Source: Patescibacteria group bacterium
Lineage (GTDB): Bacteria; Patescibacteriota; UBA1384; DATEAH01
Assembly: GCA_035288465.1 (NCBI GenBank)
Contig: DATEAH010000007.1
Span: 66,090 to 130,089, forward strand
Direction of reading: 5' to 3'
DNA length: 64,000 bases
This document shows positions 1-9,562 of the stretch, one piece after another. The translations under genes were made by a program, and so were the position numbers. Below the pieces are notes generated by a model. It did no database searches, was not told the origin of the DNA, and worked only from the letters and a program-made list of their open reading frames with translations. Each line of letters opens with the position of its first letter. Position 1 is the first letter of the stretch.

Positions 1-32
1 TTGCCATCTCGTTTTAATCTGATTGATAACAT
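1..32 (-). CDS. rpsP: 30S ribosomal protein S16, 5' end only (runs off window)
   Basis: Minus strand from 32 reads MLSIRLKRDG(K), the typical S16 N-terminus; AGGAG SD at 40-44. Confidence 0.7.
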   Translation of the reverse strand, partial: MLSIRLKRDG

Positions 33-104
33 GATTTTACTCCTAAATTTAATCCTGATTTCTTGATTATAATCTTAAAATTAGAAAAAGTCAAATGATT
101 ATTT

Positions 105-1064
105 TTAATTATTTTTTAGAATGCTGCCGATAAAATCTGGGTAACCATTCATAAATTCAGTGCCGGTTTGGGGTTTTTTGCCTTCGAGTTGAAGTTCTAA
201 AAGTAATAAACTGCCGGTGCCAGCCAAAACCGCTGGTAATTTGAGGTGTTGATCTAAAAATACCGTACCGGCTGAAGCGGGTGGTTCGGGAATGTTGGGA
301 ATTGCTTTGGCGTTTTTGATAATCAGTCTTTTTTTATCCCAAAAACTATAACTTTTTGGCCAATTCACGTATGAGCGAATTTCTCGTTCGAGAGTAATGG
401 CAGGTTTGGTAAAATCCAACAAGCCGGCTTCTTTTTTGATCATTTGGCAATAAGTGGCTAGTTTGTGATTTTGGGGAGTAGGTTTAATTTTTCCAGAGAG
501 ATACCCGAGCAGAGTTTTGGGCAAAATATTGGCGGAAATAGCAGTTAATTTTTGAGAAAGAGTTAAAAAATTATCATCAGATAGAACTGGGACCTTTTTT
601 TGTGCCAAAATTGGTCCAGTGTCCATTTTTTCGTCAATGAGCATCAGGCTCGTGCCTGTGGTTTTATCGCCTGCCAAAATCGTAGACTGGATAGGCGAAG
701 CGCCACGCCAGCTCGGCAACAAGGAAAAATGAACATTAATAATACCATGCTTAAAAATATCAATAATTTCTTTGGGAATTATTTGGCCATAGGCGGTGAC
801 AACCGCTAAATTTGGTTTAAGTTTAATTAATTTTGATTTGATCTGTACAATTTTTTCAGGTTGCAAAATATCAAGACGATGTTTTTGGGCATAGTCTTTA
901 ATAGCTGAAGGTATAAATTGATTTCCTCGCCCAGATGTTTTATCTGGTTCACAAATGACTAAAATTATTTCAAAATCCGGAGTTTCTAATAAGCTTTGTA
1001 AGATAGGAACGGCAATTTGCGGCGTGCCCATAAAAACAATTTTAGTTTTTGCAGCTCGATTCAT
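105..1064 (-). CDS. fmt: Methionyl-tRNA formyltransferase
   Basis: IVFMGTP, NVHFSLLPSWRGASPIQ, MDTG motifs; adjacent to def. Confidence 0.97.
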   Translation of the reverse strand: MNRAAKTKIVFMGTPQIAVPILQSLLETPDFEIILVICEPDKTSGRGNQFIPSAIKDYAQKHRLDILQPEKIVQIKSKLIKLKPNLAVVTAYGQIIPKEIIDIFKHGIINVHFSLLPSWRGASPIQSTILAGDKTTGTSLMLIDEKMDTGPILAQKKVPVLSDDNFLTLSQKLTAISANILPKTLLGYLSGKIKPTPQNHKLATYCQMIKKEAGLLDFTKPAITLEREIRSYVNWPKSYSFWDKKRLIIKNAKAIPNIPEPPASAGTVFLDQHLKLPAVLAGTGSLLLLELQLEGKKPQTGTEFMNGYPDFIGSILKNN

Positions 1065-1065
1065 T

Positions 1066-1551
1066 TTAATCCTTTTTTAAATTTTCAAGATCTTTGGGCT
1101 CGATTTGGCGCAACGTTTCTGGTTTCACTTTATCGATAAATAAGACGCCATCCAAATGGTCGATCTCGTGTTGTAAGGAGACTGATGCCAGGTTTTCGGC
1201 AGTTAATTTCACTTTTCCACCATTTTCATTTTTGCCTTGAACTCGGACTTTTTTAGGCCGTTCAACTTCACCATAAAGTCCGGGGAAGGATAAACAGCCT
1301 TCTTCGATAGTGGCTTTTTCAGAAGAAGATTTGCATATCTTGGGATTAATTAAAATTCTGGAATGATCGCCATCTCGAAAAACTATCAAGCGAATCAATT
1401 TTCCGACTTGATTGGCAGCTAAACCGGCGCCATCATTTTCTTCCATTAACTTGATCATTTTTTTGCCCAATTTAACAATTTCCGGCGTGATGGCGGAAAT
1501 TGTTTTAGCTTTTTCTCTTAAAGTTGGGTTTGGGTATTTAATTATTCTCAT
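1066..1551 (-). CDS. def: Peptide deformylase
   Basis: GAGLAANQVG, EGCLS, QHEIDHLDG motifs. Confidence 0.98.
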   Translation of the reverse strand: MRIIKYPNPTLREKAKTISAITPEIVKLGKKMIKLMEENDGAGLAANQVGKLIRLIVFRDGDHSRILINPKICKSSSEKATIEEGCLSFPGLYGEVERPKKVRVQGKNENGGKVKLTAENLASVSLQHEIDHLDGVLFIDKVKPETLRQIEPKDLENLKKD

Positions 1552-2708
1552 TTACTTTTCGCAGTTATTAATTCTTGGTATAAAGTGGCTAATTTTTGGG
1601 CAGTTTTGGTAGCGCTAAAATCTTGAGCTCTAATGATGGCATTTTTAGACATTTGTTCTCGTAGCTGGTCGTCTTTGAGTAATTTTAAAGTTTTTTGAGC
1701 AAATTTATCAACATCACCAGGGGTAGTGAGATAGCCTGATTTTCCGTCTTGGACAATTTCCGAAGGACCAAATTTATTAACTGCCACGCAGGGGATACCA
1801 CCAGCAAATGCTTCAGCCACCACAATTCCTTGAGTTTCGGTCAGGGACGGCATGACAAAAATATCAGCTTCGGCAAAAATATGGTTAGTTTTTTCGTGTT
1901 CCAAATAGCCGGTCATGGTGACATTTTCTTTAAGCCCTAAATTTTCAACTTCGAGTTGATATCTTTTTTCTTCTTCGCCGCCACCCACTATTAACAAATG
2001 GCATTTTGGAAATTCTGAGTGAATTTTTTTAAAGGCTTGTAGCAAAAAACTTAAATTTTTTTCAGGAGCGAGGCGGCCAACATTTAGCAAAACTTTCTCA
2101 TCGGGATTGATTTTGAACTCTTTTTTAAGCTCGTCAGAAGAAAGTTTTTGATAATTTTCGAGGAAAATGCCAGTTGGGACAGGTTCAATCCTGGATTTAA
2201 CGCCATAAGAGCGGAGCAAGTCTCGAATTTGGGAGGTTGGAGTTATCACCAAATCTGCAGAATTAGCAAAATCGCGTGACAATTTGATTAAAACCTTTTT
2301 GGTAATTCCTTTAAAAAATGGCACATAATGAGCGTATTCGGTAAGCAGGGTGTGGTAAGTGTAGACTAAGGGCAGATTTAAATTTCTGGCAACTTTACGG
2401 CCGGCTCTGCCCATGCCAAAAAGATGTTGAACATGAATAATGTCAAGATTTAAAGGAGCTAGTTTTTTTGAAAGATGCGAAAAATAGGGGATACCGAGCG
2501 GGTAATAATTTTTGCCAGGTAAGGAGATTGAAGGTACGCGAATGATTTTTTCGTCGTCATTGTGGTAATTTTTATCTTTGGTGGCCGGGGCAATTACAAA
2601 AACTTCATGACCCATTTTGGTTAATTCTGACCGAAAAGTCTTAATAGAAATAACCACACCATTAATTGTTGGTTCAAAACATTCGCTAAAAATGCCAATT
2701 TTCATCAT
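1548..2708 (-). CDS. Glycosyltransferase family 4 (1,2-diacylglycerol glucosyltransferase-like)
   Basis: PTINGVV N-terminus, VGRLAPEKN, ETQGIVVAEA GT-B motif. Confidence 0.9.
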   Translation of the reverse strand: MMKIGIFSECFEPTINGVVISIKTFRSELTKMGHEVFVIAPATKDKNYHNDDEKIIRVPSISLPGKNYYPLGIPYFSHLSKKLAPLNLDIIHVQHLFGMGRAGRKVARNLNLPLVYTYHTLLTEYAHYVPFFKGITKKVLIKLSRDFANSADLVITPTSQIRDLLRSYGVKSRIEPVPTGIFLENYQKLSSDELKKEFKINPDEKVLLNVGRLAPEKNLSFLLQAFKKIHSEFPKCHLLIVGGGEEEKRYQLEVENLGLKENVTMTGYLEHEKTNHIFAEADIFVMPSLTETQGIVVAEAFAGGIPCVAVNKFGPSEIVQDGKSGYLTTPGDVDKFAQKTLKLLKDDQLREQMSKNAIIRAQDFSATKTAQKLATLYQELITAKSK

Positions 2709-2741
2709 TCCTCAAGCCTAATTATAACCCAAAATTAAAAA

Positions 2742-2815
2742 AAGGGCAAAAGGATTTGAGGTTGAAGAAGGGTTTTGTGGAAGAGAGGCGTAAAGCGGAA
2801 AAATCCTTTTGCCTA
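2742..2815 (-). terminator. Probable intrinsic terminator downstream of the ACP gene
   Basis: ggcaaaaggattt ... aaatccttttgcc inverted repeat; A-run on + gives a U-tail on the minus strand; large loop. Confidence 0.45.
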
Positions 2816-2843
2816 AAATGGTTGAAAATTGTTGAGATTGATT

Positions 2844-3140
2844 TTATTGAGGAGTGTTTTGAAGAATAACCTTATTGGTTATGTCGTGGATAGAGGTCTT
2901 GGAAATTTTTTTATCAACATTGTCAATGTTTAAATTCATGTCAAAAGCTTCCTCGAGGCTTAAGGTAAAAGTGACAATATCGAGACTGTCAAAGCCAAGA
3001 TCTCCATCAAGTGTAGCTGAGGGGGTAATTTTTGTGGCAGGGACATTGAATTCATTAGATAAAATATCTACAATTTGATTTAAAACGTCGCTATATTCCA
3101 TTTGGGGTTTGATGTCGACAATGTCCTGAGTAGGCGGCAT
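2844..3140 (-). CDS. Acyl carrier protein / phosphopantetheine-binding protein
   Basis: DLGFDSLD attachment motif and LEEAFD helix; 98 aa, acidic. Confidence 0.85.
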   Translation of the reverse strand: MPPTQDIVDIKPQMEYSDVLNQIVDILSNEFNVPATKITPSATLDGDLGFDSLDIVTFTLSLEEAFDMNLNIDNVDKKISKTSIHDITNKVILQNTPQ

Positions 3141-3212
3141 GCTGATTCCCCCAAGTCCAAGCGTTGCCAGCTAACCTGATTTTATATTAAAAATGATTTT
3201 TTGTAAAGATAA

Positions 3213-5048
3213 TTATAATAGAGAAACCGGATCAACCTCAATTTTGATATCTTTAGGTAAAACCTCTGGGACTGGCATAATTTTAGTACCTTTGAGGATT
3301 ATTTGCCAACAGAATTTTTCAGCTTTTTTGAATTTGAAACAAGGTGATGATCCCAAAATTTTAAGCGAAGAATCAGAATTTTGGATTTTTTCCACCAAAG
3401 ACATGGCCTTTTCTTCTAAGTGTTTTAGATTTGAATCAGTAAGGATTAGTCTGATTAATTTGCCAAATGGCGGGTAGCCGGATTTTTTTCGAGCTAATAA
3501 TTCTTGATGATAAAAAAGCTGATCTGAGTCGCGCAAAATTGCCTGATAAATTAAATGTTGCGGATAATGTGTCTGGACTAAAAATTCGTTTTTGGCATAA
3601 AGTTTCGCAATTTTTAGAAGCTGATAGGTTTTTTCAGCGGATTTAAAATCCGGCAAGTTTAAAGTTAAGTCTGGCTCAACTGCGACCACTAAATTAGCAG
3701 GTTGAAATATTTTAGAAAAGATTTGTTGTGTACCAATAATTAAATCGTATGACAGATTTTGTAAATTTATTTTTTCAAAATGATCGCTTTCTAAACGTAA
3801 AATTTTGGCTTCAGGTATTATTTTTTGAACTTCAGTGGCAACTTTTTCCGTACCGCCACCCAAAAAGCGTAAATTTGATCCTAAACAATTTGGGCATTGA
3901 TTAGTAATTTGTTGAAAATATTGGCAGTGATGGCAAATTAAAGCTTGGCTAACTTGACCATATTGGATTCGAAAAGTGAGGACTTTTTGGCATTTGGGGC
4001 AGCGAAAAATATGCTGGCAGTCGCGGCATAGTACCACTGAGGCTGAGCCCTTTTTATTAATAAATAAGATTGAAGTTTGGTGATTTCGAAAATTTTCAAT
4101 TATTTTTTGTTGAACAAGATCTGAGAGTAAGTTAAGGTTTTTATTTAAATATTCCAGATTCATATCAATTAGTTTGGTTTTAGGGGAAAAGGGGAGTTGG
4201 GGCTTGAGCCAGCTGATTTTTCGTTTTTTAATTTCCAGAAAATAATCTAAATTTAAACTTGGGGAATAAAAAAATAAATTGGCTTTTTGCAGTTGGCATA
4301 ATTGTTCAGCCACTCGCCTGGTGTCATATCTGGGAGAGCGGTCTTGTTTATAGGTTTGATTTTCTGCCCCATCAATAATAATTTGGCCCAAATTAGCCAA
4401 GGGCGTAAAAACCGCAATTTGTGAGCCGACCACGACTTTTGCCTTTTGCGATAAGATTTTTAAATAATTTTGCCATTTTTCGGAATTTGGAAGCTGTGAA
4501 TGATATAAAATTGTTTCGTTTTGAAGACGCTTTGGTAAATATTGATAAAATAATTTCGCGTTTTCAACGTCGCCAAATAACACAATTGATTGTTTATTTT
4601 TGGTTTGTGTTTTTTCAATTAGTTCTATAAATTTAATTAATTTAGTTTTAAAAATTAAGTCTTTATCAGTCAGCTTTTGGGGCTTTCTGAGGGTGGAAAT
4701 TTTGGCGCGAGGCTTTAAAACTGGTTTTGGCAATAGGGCAAAAATGACTTGGGAAAGAGGAACGTGGTAGTAATTTGAAATCCAAAGTGATAATTTTTTT
4801 AATTGAGTTGGAAATTCAAAATCCGAAACCACAATTTTCACAATGCTTTTAAGTTTTAAATTTTGAATTTTGAAAGATCTTTTTCTTTTTATATCAAAAA
4901 CCAAACCTAAAATCTTACGATTGCCAAAAGGAATTTTTACCAACGAACCTATTTTAACTTCTGGCAATAATGAGGCTGGAATTTTATATGTGAACAAGGT
5001 TTGTTTAAAATCAGTTTTAATATTTGGAACGATTTGGGCATACTGCAT
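3213..5048 (-). CDS. priA: Primosomal protein N' (PriA) with degenerate helicase motifs
   Basis: N-terminal FTYKIP..GSLVKIPFG domain, YKQDRSPRYD, four CxxC, GGGTEKV, GYPPF. Confidence 0.88.
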   Translation of the reverse strand: MQYAQIVPNIKTDFKQTLFTYKIPASLLPEVKIGSLVKIPFGNRKILGLVFDIKRKRSFKIQNLKLKSIVKIVVSDFEFPTQLKKLSLWISNYYHVPLSQVIFALLPKPVLKPRAKISTLRKPQKLTDKDLIFKTKLIKFIELIEKTQTKNKQSIVLFGDVENAKLFYQYLPKRLQNETILYHSQLPNSEKWQNYLKILSQKAKVVVGSQIAVFTPLANLGQIIIDGAENQTYKQDRSPRYDTRRVAEQLCQLQKANLFFYSPSLNLDYFLEIKKRKISWLKPQLPFSPKTKLIDMNLEYLNKNLNLLSDLVQQKIIENFRNHQTSILFINKKGSASVVLCRDCQHIFRCPKCQKVLTFRIQYGQVSQALICHHCQYFQQITNQCPNCLGSNLRFLGGGTEKVATEVQKIIPEAKILRLESDHFEKINLQNLSYDLIIGTQQIFSKIFQPANLVVAVEPDLTLNLPDFKSAEKTYQLLKIAKLYAKNEFLVQTHYPQHLIYQAILRDSDQLFYHQELLARKKSGYPPFGKLIRLILTDSNLKHLEEKAMSLVEKIQNSDSSLKILGSSPCFKFKKAEKFCWQIILKGTKIMPVPEVLPKDIKIEVDPVSLL

Positions 5049-5069
5049 AAAAAATCCTTCGGATTTTTT

Positions 5070-5167
5070 TAAATCCTAAATTCAAATATCGAAATCCTAA
5101 ACAATATCAAAATTCAAATTTTCAAAATTGGAACTTATTTGAGATTTGTAATTTTGAATTTATAATT
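5070..5167. repeat. Heptamer-periodic imperfect palindrome (family copy 1)
   Basis: aaatcct aaattca aatatcg aaatcct aaacaat ... tgagattt gtaattt tgaattt ataattt. Confidence 0.7.
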
Positions 5168-5688
5168 TATTCCTCATGTCTTTTGACAGTGAATTTATAC
5201 AAAAATACGGGTTCACCTTCAATAATACCGGCTTTTTGGCTGGCAATGGCGATTTGTTGATTGGCGGAATCTACCCCGTCTAAATCTGGTAATAATAAAC
5301 CAGAACGACCATCAGCAGTTTTGACAATCACGCCATATTTTTTAGGATTTAGCTCACGATCGGGATTTTGAACTGGTTTTGGTGAGGATAAGACATCAAC
5401 TGAAATTTCGATACTTTTTAGTTCAGACAAAGTTACCGGTTCAAATCTGGGGTCGCTGGTGGCCGCAGCCACCGCGTTTTTGATAATTTCTTCGGCTAAA
5501 TTTGGTTGGGTGGCTAAGAAAGTGCCGATGCAACCTCGCAAATCATCATTTGATAAATGCAAACTGATAAAAGTCCCGGCGCGTTTGGTTAAGTTTTTTG
5601 GTAATGATTTTGGGGAATTTAAAAATTTGCCAGTTTTCAAATAATTATAAATTGATTTTCGAGCCAAGTTTGTATAAATATTTTTCAT
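5167..5688 (-). CDS. amrA: AmmeMemoRadiSam system protein A (AMMECR1 domain)
   Basis: LRGCIGT, DPRFEPV, GLLLPD motifs. Confidence 0.93.
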   Translation of the reverse strand: MKNIYTNLARKSIYNYLKTGKFLNSPKSLPKNLTKRAGTFISLHLSNDDLRGCIGTFLATQPNLAEEIIKNAVAAATSDPRFEPVTLSELKSIEISVDVLSSPKPVQNPDRELNPKKYGVIVKTADGRSGLLLPDLDGVDSANQQIAIASQKAGIIEGEPVFLYKFTVKRHEE

Positions 5689-5693
5689 ATAAT

Positions 5694-6509
5694 TTATTTA
5701 ATTTTAAATTCAACAACGGCATAACCGACGCCAAAGGGACATTCGTAGGAGAGTTTTTTAACTTGATATTTTAAATGGCTAATGGCACCCAATAAGATGA
5801 GGATTGAGCGATATCCACATTCACCAGCTTCATCTATAAATTCTTCGTCAAAATTTAAAATCTTAGTGACTTCATTTTTTTCAAGCGCTTTAATGAGCTG
5901 CTGGTCAAATTTTTTACCGAGGGTTGAATAACCGGCTGGAGATTGGGGTAAAAGCCGGTGGGACAAATCACCAGAGGCGATAATGGCAACCCTTTTGTTT
6001 TTGAGCTTTTCTAAAACATCGGCTAAGGCTTCACCAAAAGCAAAATGTGAATTTACATTTAAGTAAGAATAAGCGATTGGGACAACTTTTACATTTGTGA
6101 GGTGTTTGCAGATAAAATACAAAGGCACTAAACTGCCGTGGTCTAATTCAAAAGTGTTGTCCGGATTATCATTGGTATATAGCAGGGTTTCAATTCCTTC
6201 GGCATCAGCTTTGGCGTTAATTTCTTTGACAAGTTGCAGATCGTTTTCAAATTTGAATTTAATTTCCGGGTGGCCAAATTGAGAAAAATCGCCTTTTAAT
6301 TTTGGCATGCCACAAATATTCATCCGGTCAGGATAAACTAAACCATGTGGGGAAATTAAAATAATCGTTTCCGGATCGGTTTTATCCAAGTCTTGGCTAA
6401 ATTTTTCCATGGCGGCAATGGATTTTTGAACTTTTGTTGAGTCTGTTCCGCCAATTTCAGGAACCATAATCGGTGGATGTGGCGTTATCGCTGCGAAAAT
6501 TATTGACAT
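5694..6509 (-). CDS. amrB: AmmeMemoRadiSam system protein B (Memo/LigB-like)
   Basis: PHPP, ISPHG, LDHG, ASGDLSH, ECG, FGVGY motifs; next to amrA. Confidence 0.9.
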   Translation of the reverse strand: MSIIFAAITPHPPIMVPEIGGTDSTKVQKSIAAMEKFSQDLDKTDPETIILISPHGLVYPDRMNICGMPKLKGDFSQFGHPEIKFKFENDLQLVKEINAKADAEGIETLLYTNDNPDNTFELDHGSLVPLYFICKHLTNVKVVPIAYSYLNVNSHFAFGEALADVLEKLKNKRVAIIASGDLSHRLLPQSPAGYSTLGKKFDQQLIKALEKNEVTKILNFDEEFIDEAGECGYRSILILLGAISHLKYQVKKLSYECPFGVGYAVVEFKIK

Positions 6510-6655
6510 AATTTTCTCCGCTTAAATTTAAAATTAAAAAGTCAAAAATTAAAATTGATTATTCGAACCTATTATAGCACAATTTTGATTTTTAAGCTTG
6601 ACTTCCAGAGAGAGAGTTAAATGGAAAATAGAGAACAATAAACAACTAACAATAA

Positions 6656-6703
6656 TCCGCCGACGAAGCGGAAATGACCCACCTTCGCTAAAGCTATGGT
6701 GGG
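6656..6703. repeat. Two short GC-rich hairpins (REP-like palindromic elements)
   Basis: tccgc-cgacgaa-gcgga (6656-6672) and cccacc-ttcgctaaagctat-ggtggg (6678-6703); the second resembles 57963-57988. Confidence 0.65.
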
Positions 6704-6717
6704 CGGGGAGGAAAATT

Positions 6718-7488
6718 ATGACATCAGAAACTGAAGGTTATCAACCAGGTGAAGAAGAAGTTCAAGCAGCCGAAGAAATGATGGATGATAAACAAAAGAG
6801 AGAGAGTATGGGAAGAGAACGGGACATGTTAGACGAAAAAAGGCTTGAGGAAGGAGAAAAAATTGGCGATCCAACTGAAATGTTAGTTGACCATTTCCAA
6901 ACCACGGCAGACAAAATGAAAGTAGAAGGGTTAGATAGTGATGCAAGAAGTGTTGAAAAATTAATAAGTATTTTTCAAAATTTTTCCAACAACGCAAAAA
7001 AAGAATACGAAAAGAAAAAATCCTTAGGACTTAATCCTGTTTGGCTGCGGGAGGATAAACGTTTAGCTATATTCTATAGCGGAAGAGGAATAGAGTTAGT
7101 AAATGTGCACAGAGGTGTTGATGTTTATGATGAATTGACAACGAAACGACAAAGCCCCGAACCTAAAACAACCATAGCTGGACCACTTGGTCGCTTATCT
7201 GAAAAGGGTTGGAAAATTTTTTACGAATCAACAGGTATTGATGAGAATTTAATGGAAATAAATAAAGAAGCATTTGATAAAAATTACAAATCAGCTAAAG
7301 ATAAACACAATTTTAGTGTGGAAACAGAAGAATCTACAAATATTCCTGGTGTAAGATTAAGAGCTCGATCTAATGGTGCTAATTTTAACACAGAATACTA
7401 CATTTCTTATAGTGAAGATTCGGTTCGTATATTATTTGATAATACTTTTATGAACCGAATGCGAAATAGAAGCGAAAGAGAAAAATAA
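6718..7488 (+). CDS. Hypothetical protein (charged, orphan-like)
   Basis: Long ORF; start moved to ATG 6718 after GGAGG SD, because the track's extension reads through palindromic elements. Confidence 0.75.
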   Translation: MTSETEGYQPGEEEVQAAEEMMDDKQKRESMGRERDMLDEKRLEEGEKIGDPTEMLVDHFQTTADKMKVEGLDSDARSVEKLISIFQNFSNNAKKEYEKKKSLGLNPVWLREDKRLAIFYSGRGIELVNVHRGVDVYDELTTKRQSPEPKTTIAGPLGRLSEKGWKIFYESTGIDENLMEINKEAFDKNYKSAKDKHNFSVETEESTNIPGVRLRARSNGANFNTEYYISYSEDSVRILFDNTFMNRMRNRSEREK

Positions 7489-7546
7489 TTATTGTACGAG
7501 CTAGTTTATTAACTCTTGATAATTTACTAAATAAAATAATGAAGGT

Positions 7547-7603
7547 TTATACATTTCCCAAATGAACATATTTTAAGCCGGATTTTTTACCAATTTGGGC
7601 GGC
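7547..7603 (-). pseudogene. Relic duplicate of the 3' end of amrS
   Basis: Encodes QIGKKSGLKYVHLGNV*, identical in protein to 8004-8054, with 6 synonymous differences. Confidence 0.85.
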
Positions 7604-7671
7604 TTTTTGACAAAGGATTTTTGGATGATATAATGAAAATCAGAACATTGAAAAGTTTTAAAGGGAGTAAA

Positions 7672-8001
7672 ATGGCCTTAGAAAAAAAAGATTTTGAACA
7701 AATTGAAAAAATTGTCAATAAAACCGAATCTCGGTTAGAGAAGAAAATTGGTGCGACGGAAACCCATCTGGAAAAGAAAATTACTTCCACAGAAACTGGT
7801 CTGGAAGAAAAAATTGGTTCTATAAAAACTCATCTGGAAGAAAAAATTGAAGATTCTGAAAATAGAATTATTTCTGTTTTGAGCCGGGAAATCACTGATT
7901 TAGCGGAAATTAACCGAGCCGTAATTGAGAGAGTGGATCAAATTGCTGAATTAGAAAAACGTATTATCCACATTGAACATAAAATCGGAATCACCACTTG
8001 A
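7672..8001 (+). CDS. Small coiled-coil protein with 11-aa repeats
   Basis: GGGAG SD before ATG 7672; repeats ESRLEKKIGAT / ETHLEKKITST / ETGLEEKIGSI / KTHLEEKIEDS. Confidence 0.8.
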   Translation: MALEKKDFEQIEKIVNKTESRLEKKIGATETHLEKKITSTETGLEEKIGSIKTHLEEKIEDSENRIISVLSREITDLAEINRAVIERVDQIAELEKRIIHIEHKIGITT

Positions 8002-8003
8002 GA

Positions 8004-8891
8004 TTAAACATTTCCCAAATGAACATATTTTAGACCAGATTTTTTGCCGATTTGGCTGGCGAGCTCTAAAGTTTTAATTGGTGTGATGGTGCTATCCATC
8101 ATTTTGAAAGCCGGGAAGAAGCGAGAGATGTGCCAGGGAATATTTTTATCAATTTTTGCTAAGAACTCGGCAATTTGGGTGAGTTCTTTTTTTGAATTAT
8201 TAACACCCGGAATTATTAATGTTGTCACCTCTAAATGAATTTTTTTGGTGTGAACTGTCTTAATATTTTCTAAAACTGGGGCGAGTTTTGCGCCGCAGTA
8301 TTTTTGATAGGTTTCGTCTTTGAAAGCCTTAAGGTCGATATTGATCGCGTCTAAGAATGGCGTGATGAGATTTAAAGTTTCTTTTGAAAAATAACCATTT
8401 GAGACCCAGGTATTTTTTAGACCTTTCTTGTGGGCGATTTTCATCGTATCTAAAGCAAGCTCTAAAAAGATAGTCGGTTCAGTATAAGTATAGGAAATAG
8501 ACGGACAATTATTTTTGATAGCTTCAGCGACAATTTCTGCTGGCGTCATTTTTTGAAAAGGAATTTCGTCGATTGGTAAATTATATCCTGAAGCTTTTGA
8601 AGCTTGGGAAATATCTGCATTTTGGCACCAAGCGCAACGGAAATTACATCCAACCGTAGCGATAGAATAAGTCAAAGTTTTCGGCATAAAATGAAAGAGT
8701 GGTTTTTTCTCAATCGGGTCAATGTGGGCAGCAATTATTTTTCCGTAGGCTAAAAAATATAATTTACCTTGCTGATTTTCGCGCACACCACAAATTCCCC
8801 GATTCCCGGGTAAAATTTGACATTGATGAGAACAAGTTAGGCATTGGACTTTTTGCCCGCCCAATTTTTGATATAAATAAGATTCTTTCAT
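8004..8891 (-). CDS. amrS: AmmeMemoRadiSam system radical SAM enzyme
   Basis: CxxCxHxC N-terminus, DPIEKKPLFHF, GCNFRCAWCQN radical-SAM motif, YTYTEP. Confidence 0.95.
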   Translation of the reverse strand: MKESYLYQKLGGQKVQCLTCSHQCQILPGNRGICGVRENQQGKLYFLAYGKIIAAHIDPIEKKPLFHFMPKTLTYSIATVGCNFRCAWCQNADISQASKASGYNLPIDEIPFQKMTPAEIVAEAIKNNCPSISYTYTEPTIFLELALDTMKIAHKKGLKNTWVSNGYFSKETLNLITPFLDAINIDLKAFKDETYQKYCGAKLAPVLENIKTVHTKKIHLEVTTLIIPGVNNSKKELTQIAEFLAKIDKNIPWHISRFFPAFKMMDSTITPIKTLELASQIGKKSGLKYVHLGNV

Positions 8892-8917
8892 TTTTAATTT
8901 TAATTAGAACCAAGAGA

Positions 8918-9529
8918 TTATTTGGAGGCCAAAAACTTCATTTTCGGCAACAAAACATTATATTTTGGTCGTAAAATTCGGTGAAAGTTACGAAAAGAAA
9001 TCATGGGTTTGCCAATAATTAATTTTTCATCAAGTGCTCCAAACGATCTGGAATCCAGGCTATTGGCACGATTGTCGCCCATCACAAAAACTTGATTTTG
9101 CCCTAAAGTAACTTTGAAATTAGTGGAGGTGGACGCAGAATAAATATCTGACGGTAAATAAGTTTCGCCTAAAATAATACCTTGCGGATGTTCATTATTA
9201 ACAATGGTGATTTTGCCATTTTCAATTTGGAGCGTTTCGCCGGGCATGCCAATAATTCTTTTTATAAAATCGAGTTGCTGATTTTGTGGATATTTAAAAA
9301 TAACTACATCACCGCGATGATATTTTTTTAGTTTAGGGGTAACCTTTTCAACTAATAAATATTCTTTATCATAATAATTTGGTTCCATACTTGGACCATC
9401 CACAATAAAGGGCTGAAAGACGAAAATTCTAAAAAGTAAAGCCAAAAGAAATAACAATATCACACCCTTGAAAAGGTCGAAAATAAAATAAGCGATTTTT
9501 TTCAGATTCGCAATTGAATCATTTGACAT
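8918..9529 (-). CDS. lepB: Signal peptidase I
   Basis: GPSMEPN, FIKRIIGMPG, GDNRANSLDSRSFG. Confidence 0.96.
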   Translation of the reverse strand: MSNDSIANLKKIAYFIFDLFKGVILLFLLALLFRIFVFQPFIVDGPSMEPNYYDKEYLLVEKVTPKLKKYHRGDVVIFKYPQNQQLDFIKRIIGMPGETLQIENGKITIVNNEHPQGIILGETYLPSDIYSASTSTNFKVTLGQNQVFVMGDNRANSLDSRSFGALDEKLIIGKPMISFRNFHRILRPKYNVLLPKMKFLASK

Positions 9530-9562
9530 TTTTTCCCTAATTTTATTTTTATTTAAATCTCT

